A DNA stretch of 64,000 nucleotides from Lingula anatina (GCA_051362555.1 CM120644.1:19118534-19182533), one strand, 5' to 3'; counted from the stretch's first letter, positions 14,401-26,409 are shown. Program-made: numbers and translations. The notes: generated by a model from the sequence alone, not told the origin.

Positions 14401-16513
14401 TAACAATTTTTAACATAAAACAAAATTAACAGTTTACTGCCATTTTTATATGATCAACTTAGAACTTAGAAAATTGATGAGATGGGAAAAATATCAATAA
14501 AGCAGTGTTAAATGTCCAATTTCTTCCATTCTGAGATTCTGAACATAGTGAATGATTGAATCTGACAAACTGCAATGATATGAGTTTATTTCCATTTTTG
14601 AAACTTTATTACACAATACACGATAACAAGTTTGCCATCATTTTTACAAAATCAACTAACAATGTTGTAAAGATGCAGGAAATGTCAAACAAAAACTTTT
14701 ACGTATCTTATTAGTTTAATAATGAGACTGTTAACATGCCTAAGAATTGAATCTGAGGAAATGTGAAAAATATGCTGAAAAGTGAAAAAACAGCATAACT
14801 TCTACAATAATGGCCCGATCATGCTGATTTTCGAACTTGACCTGCGTTTTATGAATATTCACCAGCTCTGTAAATATAAAGCCAAAAAGTAAAACTGCCC
14901 TCCACTTATCGTGTTTACAAGGAAAGTGCACGGCGACGGCATCGGCATCGGCATCGGCATCGGCGACGACAGACGCAGGTGATGGCAATATGTACAGACA
15001 CATCTGTGTCTGTACATAATAAAATTATATTGTTTAGAAAGCAAAGGCACAATTAGATAAGACCTTACGTGGTAGCAAAATGTTTTCCGTTTTAAGCTAT
15101 AATATAGAGAGCAGACCTACCATTACCTTGTAGTGGTGACTGATATCCAAGCAGTCCAATGATTTGCTTGAGACTGTCTACTGTTAAACCTGGGTTCTGT
15201 GGATTAATTTAAGATATTTGTAATAATAAAGTGGGGAAGATTTCATATTTTATCATTTTACACAAGTTGAATGTTAAAATTTAATAACATCTGTCAAAAA
15301 GTATTTGTATATGATGTGTACTTGTCGTCATTTCACTATCAATTCCAATATACAGGTGTAAATTTCCACAGCTTCATACTCTAGAAGCAATATTTTTAAA
15401 AATTAAAAAATATTATATAATTAATTTATTAAAAGAATTATATATAATGGCATATGAAAGAAAAGTTATTCTAAAAGTCATCATATTATTTGTCATAAAT
15501 GAAGATGTATTGAGTAAAGTTACCTGAATTCCATCTTTCCCATCTTTCCCATCCTTGCCATCCTTTCCGTCTTTTCCCGGGGGTCCCTGGGGTCCTTGCA
15601 CACACCCTGAACTTGCCACTAAAACATAAGACACATAGCATAGGGATACATTCTTAAGTTATCTGTCACTTTAAATATTTTCTGGATTGCCCCATTGTGA
15701 ATGCTGCACATTTTTGATAAACAATTTTTCTGACATTGTAGTTGATTGATTACCTCATCTTAGGCTACATCTATAACAGTCATGGTCAGAAGAAAGGCTT
15801 AAATATGCCTACTAGTAATTATGTTGTGGTAACAACGGAAATAATCATCTGTTAAATAAATTGGGGTTTTATGATTCCCCGTTATTAAATTTGGGGTATA
15901 TCCCTTTAATCCTGCAGTAATTTTATCAAGTTTTATGATATTTGGTTTCGTAACAATTTTGATTAGACAAAAAGGGTCAAAAAGTCCCATTTAAGACCTC
16001 AACAAATAATGTTATAGCTTACAGTTTCCTTGCTGCACTTGTCTCTTGGTAATAGAATGGTGAAGGGTTGCTGCATTTTGCTCGGGAACAGTGATTGTTT
16101 GTGCATAAAGCTTCAACTTGATTTTTTGAATATCTGACTAAATTTTAAATTAAAAAAGATTTGATTAGTCTTTTTTACTATAGATGTGTCAAGATTATAG
16201 AATGTAGGCTGTTAAAGATGTTAATTTTTATTATTGACAACAGTGAAGAGAGACGAGGGATAGAACAATTGGATAATTCAGAATCATACAATTAGTCGGA
16301 ATTTGAAGTACAAAATACCTTAAGTTGTTTGTTTTCCTGTTTTACTGCAGCAACCTCCGCCTCCAACCTTTTCAGGAATGCTATTTCTCGTTCTTGCTTG
16401 TCCAGTCTTTCAACAAGTTTCATCAACACATCATTATTGACATCAGAATGATGTTGAAAAGTTGATGCAGAGACAGTAGCAACAATAAGGGCAGTGAATA
16501 CATGAAAATACAT
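11500..16513 (-). CDS. Short-chain collagen C4-like (spongin-related NC1 domain) secreted protein, 8 coding exons, 413 aa
   Basis: Exons (-): 16513-16319, 16137-16023, 15618-15524, 15196-15127, 13021-12939, 12663-12564, 12263-12174, 11993-11500. All introns are GT-AG and phase-compatible, total 1242 nt with no internal stop. Features: signal peptide MYFHVFTALIVATVSA, a coiled-coil stretch, an ITKR site, two short Gly-X-Y runs, then the C4-type domain GGAVYTRWGRTTC...GGGSNYLCLP...GVEYE...DAPCAVC...IPAKKTCPAGWTTEYNGYL...FVCLD...CGALPCPPYVDGRELACVVCSK. Confidence 0.93.
13365..15020 (-). mobile_element. Non-autonomous Helentron/HINE-like interspersed element (family 2) in collagen intron 4
   Basis: 5' palindrome TATGTACAGACACA-tc-TGTGTCTGTACATA at ~14989-15018, a (GCATCG)n microsatellite, an internal partial duplicate at 13830-14105 and a matching subterminal motif atgtacagaca at ~13373. 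Homologous in reverse orientation to 16941-19020. Confidence 0.65.
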
Positions 16514-16940
16514 GATGTACACCTGTCCGTAGCCTCTAAGAAGCTGACCTGGGTGAGGCAACGATAACTCTTATATTGCTTAAGCCATGATTTATTGAAT
16601 GGACATGTCAAACATTTACAATGTGGGTCTTAGAAAGTTGGCGTTCTACAAATATTTGATAACTGATAGTTTAAGGGTAGCAGCTTATAATTTTTCTATA
16701 AATCATGTGTACACTTGATAACCAGTGACATTTTCAATCACAAACTTCTTTCTCCTTAGTTTTCAGTAACTATACTCTTTGAAGTAAGTTACAACTGGGC
16801 ACCACCAGGTTCTCTTTTAAATATAAATTACCGAATTCATCCAGCCACATGCAAGCACTTTACTTTAAATCTCAAATAACGTTAAAATATTGTATGTACA
16901 AACATTTAACATTTAAGTATGTTCTTACATATATATAGAT

Positions 16941-19020
16941 TTTTTATGTACAGACACAGATGTCCTCATCGCCGTGCACTTTCACCGAAAACACGATAAG
17001 TAAAAAACCGTTTTACCTTTTGGCTTGAAATTTATAGAAATGATGAATATTTATAATACGCAGGTCAAGTTTGAAAATCAGCATGAATGGGCTATTTTTA
17101 TGGAAGTTATGCTATTTTTTTCAGCGTATGTGCAACACCGATAGCACGATAAGTGAAAAACCATTTTACCTTTTGGCTTAAAACTTACAGAACTGATGAA
17201 TATCTATAATATGCAGGTCAAGTTTGAAAATCAGTGTGATCGAACCATTTTTACGGAAGTTATGCTGTTTTTCACTTTTTTCAGCACATATGCAATACCG
17301 ATAACATATTTCAAGGAAAATCAATTGGCCAATTGTCTTGAAATTCACAGGGGTGATCAGTCTTACTGAAATACAGATTAAGTTGGAAAATAAGCTTGAT
17401 CGGTTCAGTTTTGGTGAAGTTATGCCTTTTTTTGTATATAAGTGTTTTTTTCCTCAGATTTAATTCTTAGGCATGTTAACAATCTCATTTGTAAACTAAT
17501 TAAATATGTAAAGGTGTTCTTTTGACATTTTCTGCATATTAACAACAGTGTTAGTTGATTACATAAAAATGATGGTAACCTGTTATTGTGTATTATGTAA
17601 TAAAGTGTCAAAATGGAAATAAACTCGTATCTTTACAGTTTGTCAGATTCAATCATTCACCATGTTCAGAATCTCTGAATGGAGCAAATTGGACATTTAA
17701 AATTGTTCAATTGATATTTTTCCTATGTCAACAATTTTCTTAGTTGATCATTTAAAAATGACAGTAAATTGATTATTTTGTTATATGAAAAAAAAAAAAA
17801 AAAAGTGTTGAAAGTGGAAAGAAAATCATTTCAGTACAGTTATCTCTTGTTTACATTTTGGCATTTTGAAGGTGTGACTCTGAACTTCATGGCCTTGAAG
17901 ACCTTTCCATGTCACATTTTCTGGTTATCCATGATACTTTAGTTTTATTATTAAAAATTGATGGTCATCATGTTATATTGCATAAAAGTTGAAGAAAACC
18001 CTATTTTGGAAATCGCTGCCAGAATGACCATTAAGGAAAAACCATGTTACTTGTGATACTCAAACTTACTGAAAAGTTTCATAAGACTGAAGTGCAGTAT
18101 GTGTTGGAAAATCAGTGTGATTGTTTTCTGTTTTGGAAGCAATGCAGCTTTATAGAGTGCTATATGGGGCTACTGTTTATGGATGGTGGTAATTGTCCCT
18201 TGGGGTAGTCACAAGCTAAATTCAGAGCTATAAAATCACTTGCCTAATTTATTTCCAAGTAAAGTCCCATAGGTTAAGCTCTCTTAACTGTGTCACATAA
18301 TTAGGATAATTAGGTGATAATTATGCAGGTAAATGTTCTTTAATATTGCAAATAAGTTTACAAAGAAAGAAAATAGATGAACAACAGTGCCTTATTATCC
18401 TTAAACACATTGGGGTTATTCATATCATGTTATTACAGCAAGATTAAAAGTTTGAATAGCAGCTTTATTGGAATATTTTTGTTGTGTTTTATTTTTTATT
18501 TATTTTTCAAACACTGGCATTTTCAGCTCCCATCCACCTGAAGCTCTTCACATTTTCTGTATTTCCACATAAGCAGTTGCATTGGTTTTTATGTCTTTAA
18601 ACATAATGTAATATTATTTTATGCACTGGCATCATTTTTCAAATATTGGGATTTTCATTATGTGAATTTGAACTCTCATGGTCCTGAAACTGTAATCTTA
18701 TTGCAGGGGAGGATTGAGGCCATCTTCTGGGTCTTTCAGATGACAGTCAGATTTTAAAGTTCACATTGATGAGTATCTGTTTTTTCTGTTGGAAGACCAT
18801 CAAAAATGTAGGATGGATCAACAAAGATAATTTGGAATACTGTCAGAAAATATCTCTGGATCCGCTCCTGTTATTGACGATGTCACCTGTTGTGCATGAT
18901 TAAAATTCAGTGTTGATTGACAGTGCTATTATAGGCATTATTTATTATTGCATCAAAATTGACGAAATGAACCATTTTCTTCATTTTTATTTTCTGTTTT
19001 TGTCTGTACATTTGACAGCT
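16941..19020 (+). mobile_element. HINE-like element (family 2), copy upstream of the collagen gene, with a nested MITE
   Basis: Starts tttttatgtacagacacagatgt and ends tgtctgtacatttgacagct (~19001-19020). 17610-18060 is the reverse complement of ~14140-14600. Confidence 0.65.
18704..18870. mobile_element. Small hAT-like MITE with 6-bp TSD TTATTG
   Basis: Termini CAGGGGAGGAT / ATCCGCTCCTG, with TTATTG on both flanks (18698-18703, 18871-18876). A reverse-oriented relative lies at 25618-25766. Confidence 0.85.
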
Positions 19021-20372
19021 TGAGATCAAAAAGTACCATAGATAACAGCAATGAAAGATATTGTCCCAAGAGAGGATTGAGGATTAATCCAGCAAACTTT
19101 GTAAGTTTGCTTTTGGGACTTCATTTGAAAAAAAATAAATCTGTCTTCTTTTAGAAACCACTTTATTTTCCAATTAAATCTGATTTTTAATGAAATCTTT
19201 CAAAATATTTAAAATCAGTCCAGAATAACAAATTAATATATTAACCAAGTTTTATCTTTGGTTAAGTTCCTGTTATATTGTCCTTGTAAAATGAACATTT
19301 TGAAATGCAGCCGTGGTGAGATTTAACACAAATGATTTTGTAGAATAAGTGCTTTTATAGTTTTTTAAAGTTCTATATATCAATAATTTTATGTGCCAAT
19401 TTGAATAAATGAACATTGTTGAATCAGGAACTGTCTGGAATTGCAGAGTTAGTTTCATATCAAAAGAACAGTACACTTTTAGTGTTTTTTTTTTGTTTTT
19501 TTTTTGCATCATTGCTTTATTAATTCATTCCCAATTTAAACACTTGAACCTCCATGATTTTAGGACATATTAAACAACAGTGTGTTTATTGAAATGACAT
19601 TTCTTCCTCCACTTGGATGTTTAAGATTTGGATGTTAAGGATTGTGCATAGTATGATGAATTTGCTTAAACTTAGTATGACTTAATGCTCCTTTTCTTTT
19701 AGATGGAGGGAGCAGGACAGGATGAGTGAATAAGACAGAGATGGGTATGTCTCAGATTTTGATATTTTTTGTTCGATTTTTTATTTGGTTAGTAAAATAC
19801 AATTTATGACTGTAATGTCATGTTTTTTGTTGATAAACAGATTTAAGAATATTTCTGTTCAGTGACAGAACAGTTTCAGAAAAAGATAATTGTTACTATT
19901 CTTACGTACCTTTTACAATTTAAAGATGTTTGCATATGACTTCAGATGTAACTCAAAACCTGTCTTTGAAGAATTAATTCAATTTAATAACATATTCAGT
20001 TAAATTGTCTGAAGTATTTTTAGGTGGGGAGACAGTAAAACCCACTCCAAGTCAGACATGTCCTTGCAAGAATGGTGTCAAATCTAACCCAGATCCAGAA
20101 ACTGGTGGGCTGGTGTGTTTGTGCTTGAATAGTAAGTATCTGGGTTAGAAAAACTGACAAAATATTGAAAATGTTGTTGTAATTGAGATGAAAATGTGAT
20201 TTTTGTTAAAAATTACAAAGCACAGCAAACACATCAAGACTTTAATAGGAGGAGGAAATATAGTTGGTGCCAAACTGATGATTTTACAAATTAAAAATAC
20301 AATCATGGAGTTTGTGGAGATGAAGAAAACCAGGGTTTGCTGTTGTAAACTACTTTGTATCTTGTGAAATCT

Positions 20373-20558
20373 CAGGCCTGTAGCCAGCAATTTCAAAAAG
20401 GTTTTGTTCTGAAAAAGTGGGCCTTTTCCAATGAAACCTTTGTGTACCTAAATCGAAATTTACCCAGAATAGACCTTTCCTGACAAAAAGAATGGTTCTT
20501 TGGAAACCCTTGAACCCCCACCGAACCCCCACCCCCACCCCCCACGGCTACGGGCCTG
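20373..20558. mobile_element. hAT-like MITE with 5-bp TSD AATCT
   Basis: TIR CAGGCCTGTAGCC / GGCTACGGGCCTG with AATCT on both sides. Same family as 63618-63784. Confidence 0.9.
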
Positions 20559-21425
20559 AATCTACTCAAGTTTATGGGATTTTATTAAAGAAACATGTAG
20601 CATAGCTTGCTAACATCTGAAATGGTAGGGTAATGTTTTTTTTAATATTATTTAAGTCAATATTTATGTTACTCTGTATTAAAATTAATGTGATCAAATT
20701 TCAGACTATTATGAGGAATACTGTGAAAAGGAGCCTTTAGCTTTCACTGGAGTTGATGCAAGTTCACGTAAGTTGAAAGGAGACCGTAGAATTTTTTCTT
20801 AGATCCTTTTTGAGGTCAATTTGAAAAAAGTGAATTAACTTTAAAATTTCATTTTGTTCATTATCACATCTCACTTTTAAGTAAAAATTGTGAAGCCATC
20901 TTAGATGATATCAGATGCATCTTAGAAAATAAGGTATTCAGTATCAAAGAGTTTTTTCTTAAAGGCACATAAGATATATATTATCGCTGCAGCAATTTTT
21001 TGAAAGATTTATTTAATATTCATTACAAGTCTAAATCTTAAGCATTTGGTAATTATATTAAATGATTCCCTTGTATATTGAAATAGTTCTTGCTATGATT
21101 TCAGTATGAGCAAGGCCCTGCATTCCAGTGGCTGGGGGTGAGTTCAGACTGGGGCACCTGCAGGAATGTTAGCTTTCCATGGAGAAAATGTTGTGGCCAT
21201 CACCACACCAGACTTTATATATGACATCTCTGTGGCACAGAATGGGGTAAACATAGTCACATATTGTATAGAAATGTGATCAGTAAAAGATTTGAAGGTT
21301 GAATTTGGATACTCAGTTGACACAAAAGACAGAAGATTTGGAACTTTGAAGTTTTCAGTATTTTGCATATATTGTATGTGTATAGCTTCATCTTGTATTT
21401 TTTTTTGGGGGGGGGGGAGGGGAGG

Positions 21426-21460
21426 TGTTTGTTTGTTTGTTTGTTTGTTTGTTTGTTTTT
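21426..21460. repeat. (GTTT)n microsatellite
   Basis: Direct observation. Confidence 0.9.
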
Positions 21461-21650
21461 TACAAATTGCCTGTGAAAACATTTTATATTTATGCTTCAT
21501 TAACTGGAAATGTTCTTTTTATTTATTGGTCTAAAGTGCTCATCTATTTTCTCATAGGATGCAATGGAACCAGAGTACAACAAAACAGAATTTTGAAGAC
21601 CACAACAAACCGACCAATTTTTCCAGCCCAATGTATGACAATATGATAGA

Positions 21651-21738
21651 ATTAGAACCTGCTAATCCCCCTAAAAAGGATTAGAACCTGCTAATCCCCC
21701 TAATAGGATTAGAACCTGCTAATCCCTCTAAAAAAGGA
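21651..21738. repeat. Three-copy 28-29-bp tandem repeat (ttagaacctgctaatccc...)
   Basis: Unit starts at 21652, 21681 and 21709. Confidence 0.92.
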
Positions 21739-22079
21739 CATGACCAGCCCCACTCACTCCAATGGGGTAGCAGACAACCAGTCATCAGAGATCAATGTCC
21801 ATAAAGAACTCTGTCCTTCAGTAACAGAAAATGATTACGACACTGTTTTATTCACTAATACAGATTTATGAGACCAAAGATATTTGAGCATAAAATTCTT
21901 GATGGTCATTTCACAGATGAGGCAAGGCTCAGGAGGGAATAATTATTATATCTCGCACAAAGCAGAATAGATGTTGGTAGTTATGATGAAACTTTATTAT
22001 GAAGTGAGATATCAAACCCATACAAAATATTTGCTCTTGTGAAACAATTCAGTCAATGAAAGGGACCATTCCCACAGAT

Positions 22080-22280
22080 ATTTGGATCGATCTATCTCCC
22101 TGGGTAGTCTCACTAAATTGCTATCAAACTAACTGGCTTAAACGTCTGTCACGCCTAGTAAAGCTGTTAGGTGGTAATTATCTTTATCCCTAGCTGATTT
22201 GGTAGGCGTGACAGACATTTAAGCCTCTTGAGCTGATAGCAATTTAGCGTGAACCCCCAGGGAGTTAGGTCGATTCAGAT
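22080..22280. repeat. Long imperfect inverted repeat (~85-90-bp arms, short loop); foldback MITE or hairpin RNA
   Basis: The left arm atttggatcgatctatctccctggg...ctaaattgctatca...ggcttaaacgtctgtcacgccta pairs with taggcgtgacagacatttaagcc...tgatagcaatttag...cccagggagttaggtcgattcagat. Confidence 0.85.
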
Positions 22281-23799
22281 GAATTGATCTAAGTATGGGA
22301 TCCCAGTCTAACAGTGGAGTGGATATGAAGATTCCTGATGAAATCTAAAACAGCACTTTACAGTTTGTTTTGATATATTTTCCTAGAAATAGATCTTTTG
22401 ATTTTTAGATACTAGTGAAAGAGTATTTTTTTTTTTTTTTTGAGTACATGCATGCCAATATTGTTTGTTCTTTATTATTTCACTGTAATAAAGGATGTTT
22501 TTCAGGAAAAAATGTGTGTTAAATTGTTTCTCTTTTTCTCTGATCTTTTTCTTTTCACTTACATTTTGAGAAAAAAGATAAATAATTTTTGTGAAAAAAT
22601 GGAATAATATTAATAAGTATATTTTCCTATTTAAAATATACAAGTATAGAAATTTTGATTACCTCCAAATTAATGGATTATGCTTTCTGTAATGAAATGC
22701 TTTATTGAAAGATTGTCTGTATAATTAAGTAGTATTTTTGATGATAACAGACAACTGCACATGCTTTTCATTTAAATTTCTGCTGTATCTGCTCCAATCA
22801 GTTTACCTCAAATGATATCTAAAACTTTTAACTATTATGCTTATTTCATCATTTTTTATTTCCCAGTGTGAGGAGCCCTCTTTTCCTTTTTAATATCTTT
22901 ATATATCTTTATATTTTTTTTTCAAATTCGCCTGCAGTACCTTTGAATGACCCCAAACTGTCACTTACTAAACGTCTTTCCATGTTCCAAACAATTAAAC
23001 TAGATCAGAATTTCTGCAACATTTTTTCATTATTTGTCATGTTTTTCTATTCATTCTTTGCTGAATTATCTCACCTAAAAAAATCTAAAAACCTTTCCTT
23101 AAAATTTCCACTGTAACTTCACTAACTAGCATTTTTTTCAGACACAAGTACAATATTTTATCCGTGTTTGGCCATTTCTGCTCATTTTCATTTACTTCCT
23201 TCATTTTTTCTTTTCTTTTTTATTTTCGTTTTTGTATTTTTCGGTACGTCATGCTGATTGCCGCATAGGTCAAGGCCAGGTTTACCAATTAGGGAGGAGG
23301 GTCGATCCCCAAAGTGCAATTTTGGTTGATTTTTTTTTTTTCTGGGAAACACTTTCCTGGTATTTCCGGCGTGCCCCCCCCCCCCCTTTTTTTTTTCTTT
23401 CCTACTGTTTTCGTATTTTTCTGTGCTCAAAGGTAACATGGCTGTTAATTGTAGGCCAAAACAAACCTTTTTTACATTTTATTTTTCTAAAGAATATCAA
23501 TATAGGAATTTTAATGCACTTCTCTTGGCACTTTAGTTCTTAGTACAAGATCATTCTTTATAAATGCAGAATCAAGTTGATTATTAATATCTACCGGGGC
23601 TCTCGTCCAAAAGCCCTACTCAGCCTTCCAGCTGTTACAAAATTCATCCGAAGGGCCATTCGAGCAATGATTTATAATGAGAAGGAAATTGTTTTATTTC
23701 TTGGAGGAAATAACATTTGGTAGCTTCAAATATGTATTATTTTTATCAAATAAAAAAATTGAAGATAGCTTAGATGATCAAGATCATCACTATTTGAAA

Positions 23800-24915
23800 T
23801 CTCTGATGTGAACATGACTTCCGGACAACCTTATATTACTACAGGCAATCTAATTTGCATATAAGAGAAAAATGCATTCTTTTTCTGTTTTTGAGATGTA
23901 TACAGTTTTTCTTTCATTTTCGTAAATAGCAAGTCCCACTACACTCATAAATTCCAATCATTTGATCGACATGCCCTGTTAATTAATTCATTTATATAAA
24001 TTATAAACCTTAATATCACAGGCGTGAATCACGTTATCACGTCCAAGTCATAACATTGTTAAACTAGCGCCAATAACTGCAGTGGAGAATGTAGGTCAAT
24101 TGCCTGTACAATTCTCCCATAGCATCATTGATTTTTTCTGGAGTGGAACATTTTAGGGAGAGACGGACGATAGAGAGAGGTATCCATTGAACTGCAAAAT
24201 AAAAAGAGAGCGTGGAGCTGTTATAATCAGAGTCTATTATGCTTTTTGAAAAGAGTGTAAAAATAGCCCACTTTTCCAGTTTCACTGTGTAGCACTTTGC
24301 AGATAACATGATAATTCTCTATGCCATCTGTCTCTCCCTAACAATTTGTTGATCATGTTATTACACCTGTGTATCAAAACTATCGTTGGCAGGTTCATCT
24401 TCTGCCGGGAGTTGATCAAAGTTGTAAATCGCAAACCTGAAGAAGTTGATTAGTTTTTCACTCTTTAAATATTTTTAATAATCTCTGATTTTAAGTGATT
24501 TCAAGAGTCCCAGATATTTTGATGGCATGTTGATAATTTTCTCTTGCGTGCTTCCCAAAAAAAAAAAAACTGTCCATACACAAAAATCGATAATCGTATG
24601 GGATTTTTATACAGGCAATTGACCCACTTTGAACAAGTACAGTTATAGGCGCTTTTTAACAATTTTATGACTTGGGCGTGGAGACTTGATTCACGTCTGT
24701 GATAGGAAATTCTTTATAATGATATGATTAATAAATGGAACGTATCTACCAAATCTTTCAAAGTTTTTTTTCGCAAAAAAGGGCATTGCTTTTTAAATGA
24801 TTATGGGAAATGTGTACACAACTCAAATCCAAGAAAAAAACTGTATTTTTCTCTTATATGCAAATTAGATTGCCTTGAGTAATAAACTGGCTGCAAGTGA
24901 TGTTCATCTCCAGAC
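23800..24915. mobile_element. Older foldback/MITE hosting a nested MITE
   Basis: aggcaatctaatttgcatataagagaaaaat (~23844-23874) is the reverse complement of ~24845-24875, and weaker pairing extends outward. Exact ends unresolved. Confidence 0.65.
24017..24701. mobile_element. MITE with ~65-bp imperfect TIRs (CACAG...CTGTG) and a 2-bp flanking duplication
   Basis: cacaggcgtgaatca...ccaagtcataacattgttaaactagcgcc pairs with ggcgctttttaacaattttatgacttgg...tgattcacgtctgtg. AT on both flanks (or TA if the ends are TCAC). Confidence 0.8.
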
Positions 24916-24970
24916 GAGGCCGGTGCAAGCACAATCTAAATGACGCTTCACACAAAGTTGTCAGCGGGAG

Positions 24971-25004
24971 GGCAAACCAAGGAGTTATAACTCCTTGGGC
25001 AAAC
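24971..25004. mobile_element. Putative P-element-type excision footprint: 20-bp palindrome between 7-bp direct repeats
   Basis: GGCAAAC-CAAGGAGTTATAACTCCTTG-GGCAAAC. The palindrome matches the TIR start CAAGAAGTTATAA of 26561-32175 at 12/13 nt from either end. Confidence 0.75.
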
Positions 25005-25323
25005 AAACATTAGTATTTTGGGAATTTTCAAGAAAGAGATATAAAAAAATCAGAATCACCGGAAATATGAAAAAGTTATTCTTAGTGGATTTAAATGTTG
25101 AACAGATAAACACTTTTATTCAAGATCTGCATGTAGTCTCTGTAAAAGCAGAAAACTGAAAATGATTCGAGTTTTTTATTTGAAAACTATTGAATGGAAC
25201 GCAAACTGAACCATAGAAAATGTCTGGTTGAAATTATTTTCCTATTTTCAAATGTACATTCACAAATGAAAACGAATAAATCCAGTAAAATATACATGTG
25301 TTTGCACTGACCCAGACCCTAGC

Positions 25324-25588
25324 CAGTGGCAGATTTAGAGGGGGAGGTCAAGGGGGTCCTGACCCCCCTCCTCCTTCGATTTCTGGTCCCCTCTTGAAAT
25401 TAGAATTTTGACTAGCTGAATCATAGTTCTAAACCATACCAAATGGCACCTTTCGCCCTCTTAAATACCAAAAATTTTCAGGGCTCTTCATCGGGCCCCG
25501 AACCCCACGCCAAGTTGGGGGATGGGGGGTCGGCTTCGCATCCGCGGAGCCCCCTTTACTGCTTCAGATAATCCTTGATCCGCCCCTG
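25324..25588. mobile_element. hAT-like MITE with 5-bp TSD CTAGC
   Basis: Termini CAGTGGCAGAT / ATCCGCCCCTG, with CTAGC at 25319-25323 and 25589-25593. Confidence 0.85.
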
Positions 25589-25617
25589 CTAGCCAACTAA
25601 TTTTCAATTTATCGGCA

Positions 25618-25766
25618 TAGGGGCGGATCCAGAGATTTTTTTCTGACAATCTTCCAAATTATCTTTGTTGACGCATCCTCCATTTTTGACCGTCTTCCGA
25701 CAGAAAAAATTAGATACCCGTCAATGTTAACTCGAAAATCCAAAAGACGGCCTCAATCTGCCCCTG
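25618..25766. mobile_element. MITE, same family as 18704-18870 in the opposite orientation
   Basis: TAGGGGCGGATCC...AATCTGCCCCTG. The internal sequence is a reverse-complement match to 18704-18870. TSD not evident. Confidence 0.8.
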
Positions 25767-26409
25767 CATTCTCCACCCGAAACAAATTTTCTCAATTCAG
25801 GACTTTTATTTTAAAGAAATGATTTATTGTATGGAATGAAGAACTTCGTTATCTTTAAGTAAAAACTACTCATGAACTAAGAAAGACCTGTTCTTTGAAA
25901 TTCCTCCTTCCCCCGCCCCATTTTTCTACTGCTACCATTCAAACAAACCGCTTTCAGCTCTTTGTGTGTAGTGAGCGTCACAAGTTTACACTTATAAAAT
26001 TACATATTTGAAAATATACGTAAATATGCTTTATTCATTGTAACGTATGCATCTACATGAAAATGTACAAAGGAATGCAAATATATATAAATATGAATTA
26101 TGATCCATAGTGATATTGTATGACTCCTTGTATGAAAAAAAAAATACAAAACATATTTGGCAGAGCCCAAATGGCTCTACCTACTCAACTGGTTATGGGT
26201 GCAGCACAGTCCCTTTTTTGGAAGGCTAACCATAAATAACATAATGTAAATAACATGTTTTAAAATATGGGAGAGCAAAAATAATACGGATCATATTACT
26301 ACAGTTACTGACAAGGCAACCAGATGATGTCGCTTGATGAATGGATTGTTCCTTGTTATCAGCAATTTTTGCTTGTTTCTTTGCCAGAGATAAAAAAATT
26401 AAACCAGTT

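Larger units (their letters stand above)
20024..21871 (+). pseudogene. Degenerate 3' fragment of an LDL-receptor-related (LRP1/LRP2-like) gene: EGF-like exons plus cytoplasmic-tail exons
   Basis: AG/GT-bounded exons 20024-20131 and 20705-20767 splice in phase to give CPCKNGVKSNPDPETGGLVCLCLNNYYEEYCEK (decayed EGF). Exons 21105-21246 and 21558-21871 give NVVAITTPDFIYD, KPTNFSSPMYD (cf. LRP1 KPTNFTNPVY) and HKELCPSVTENDYDTVLFTNTDL*. Stops and frameshifts are present and no TM exon was seen. Confidence 0.55.

Noticed and set aside
13830-15050. ORFs with ADADADA or MPMPMP repeats
   Set aside because: They are translations of a microsatellite inside an intronic interspersed repeat.
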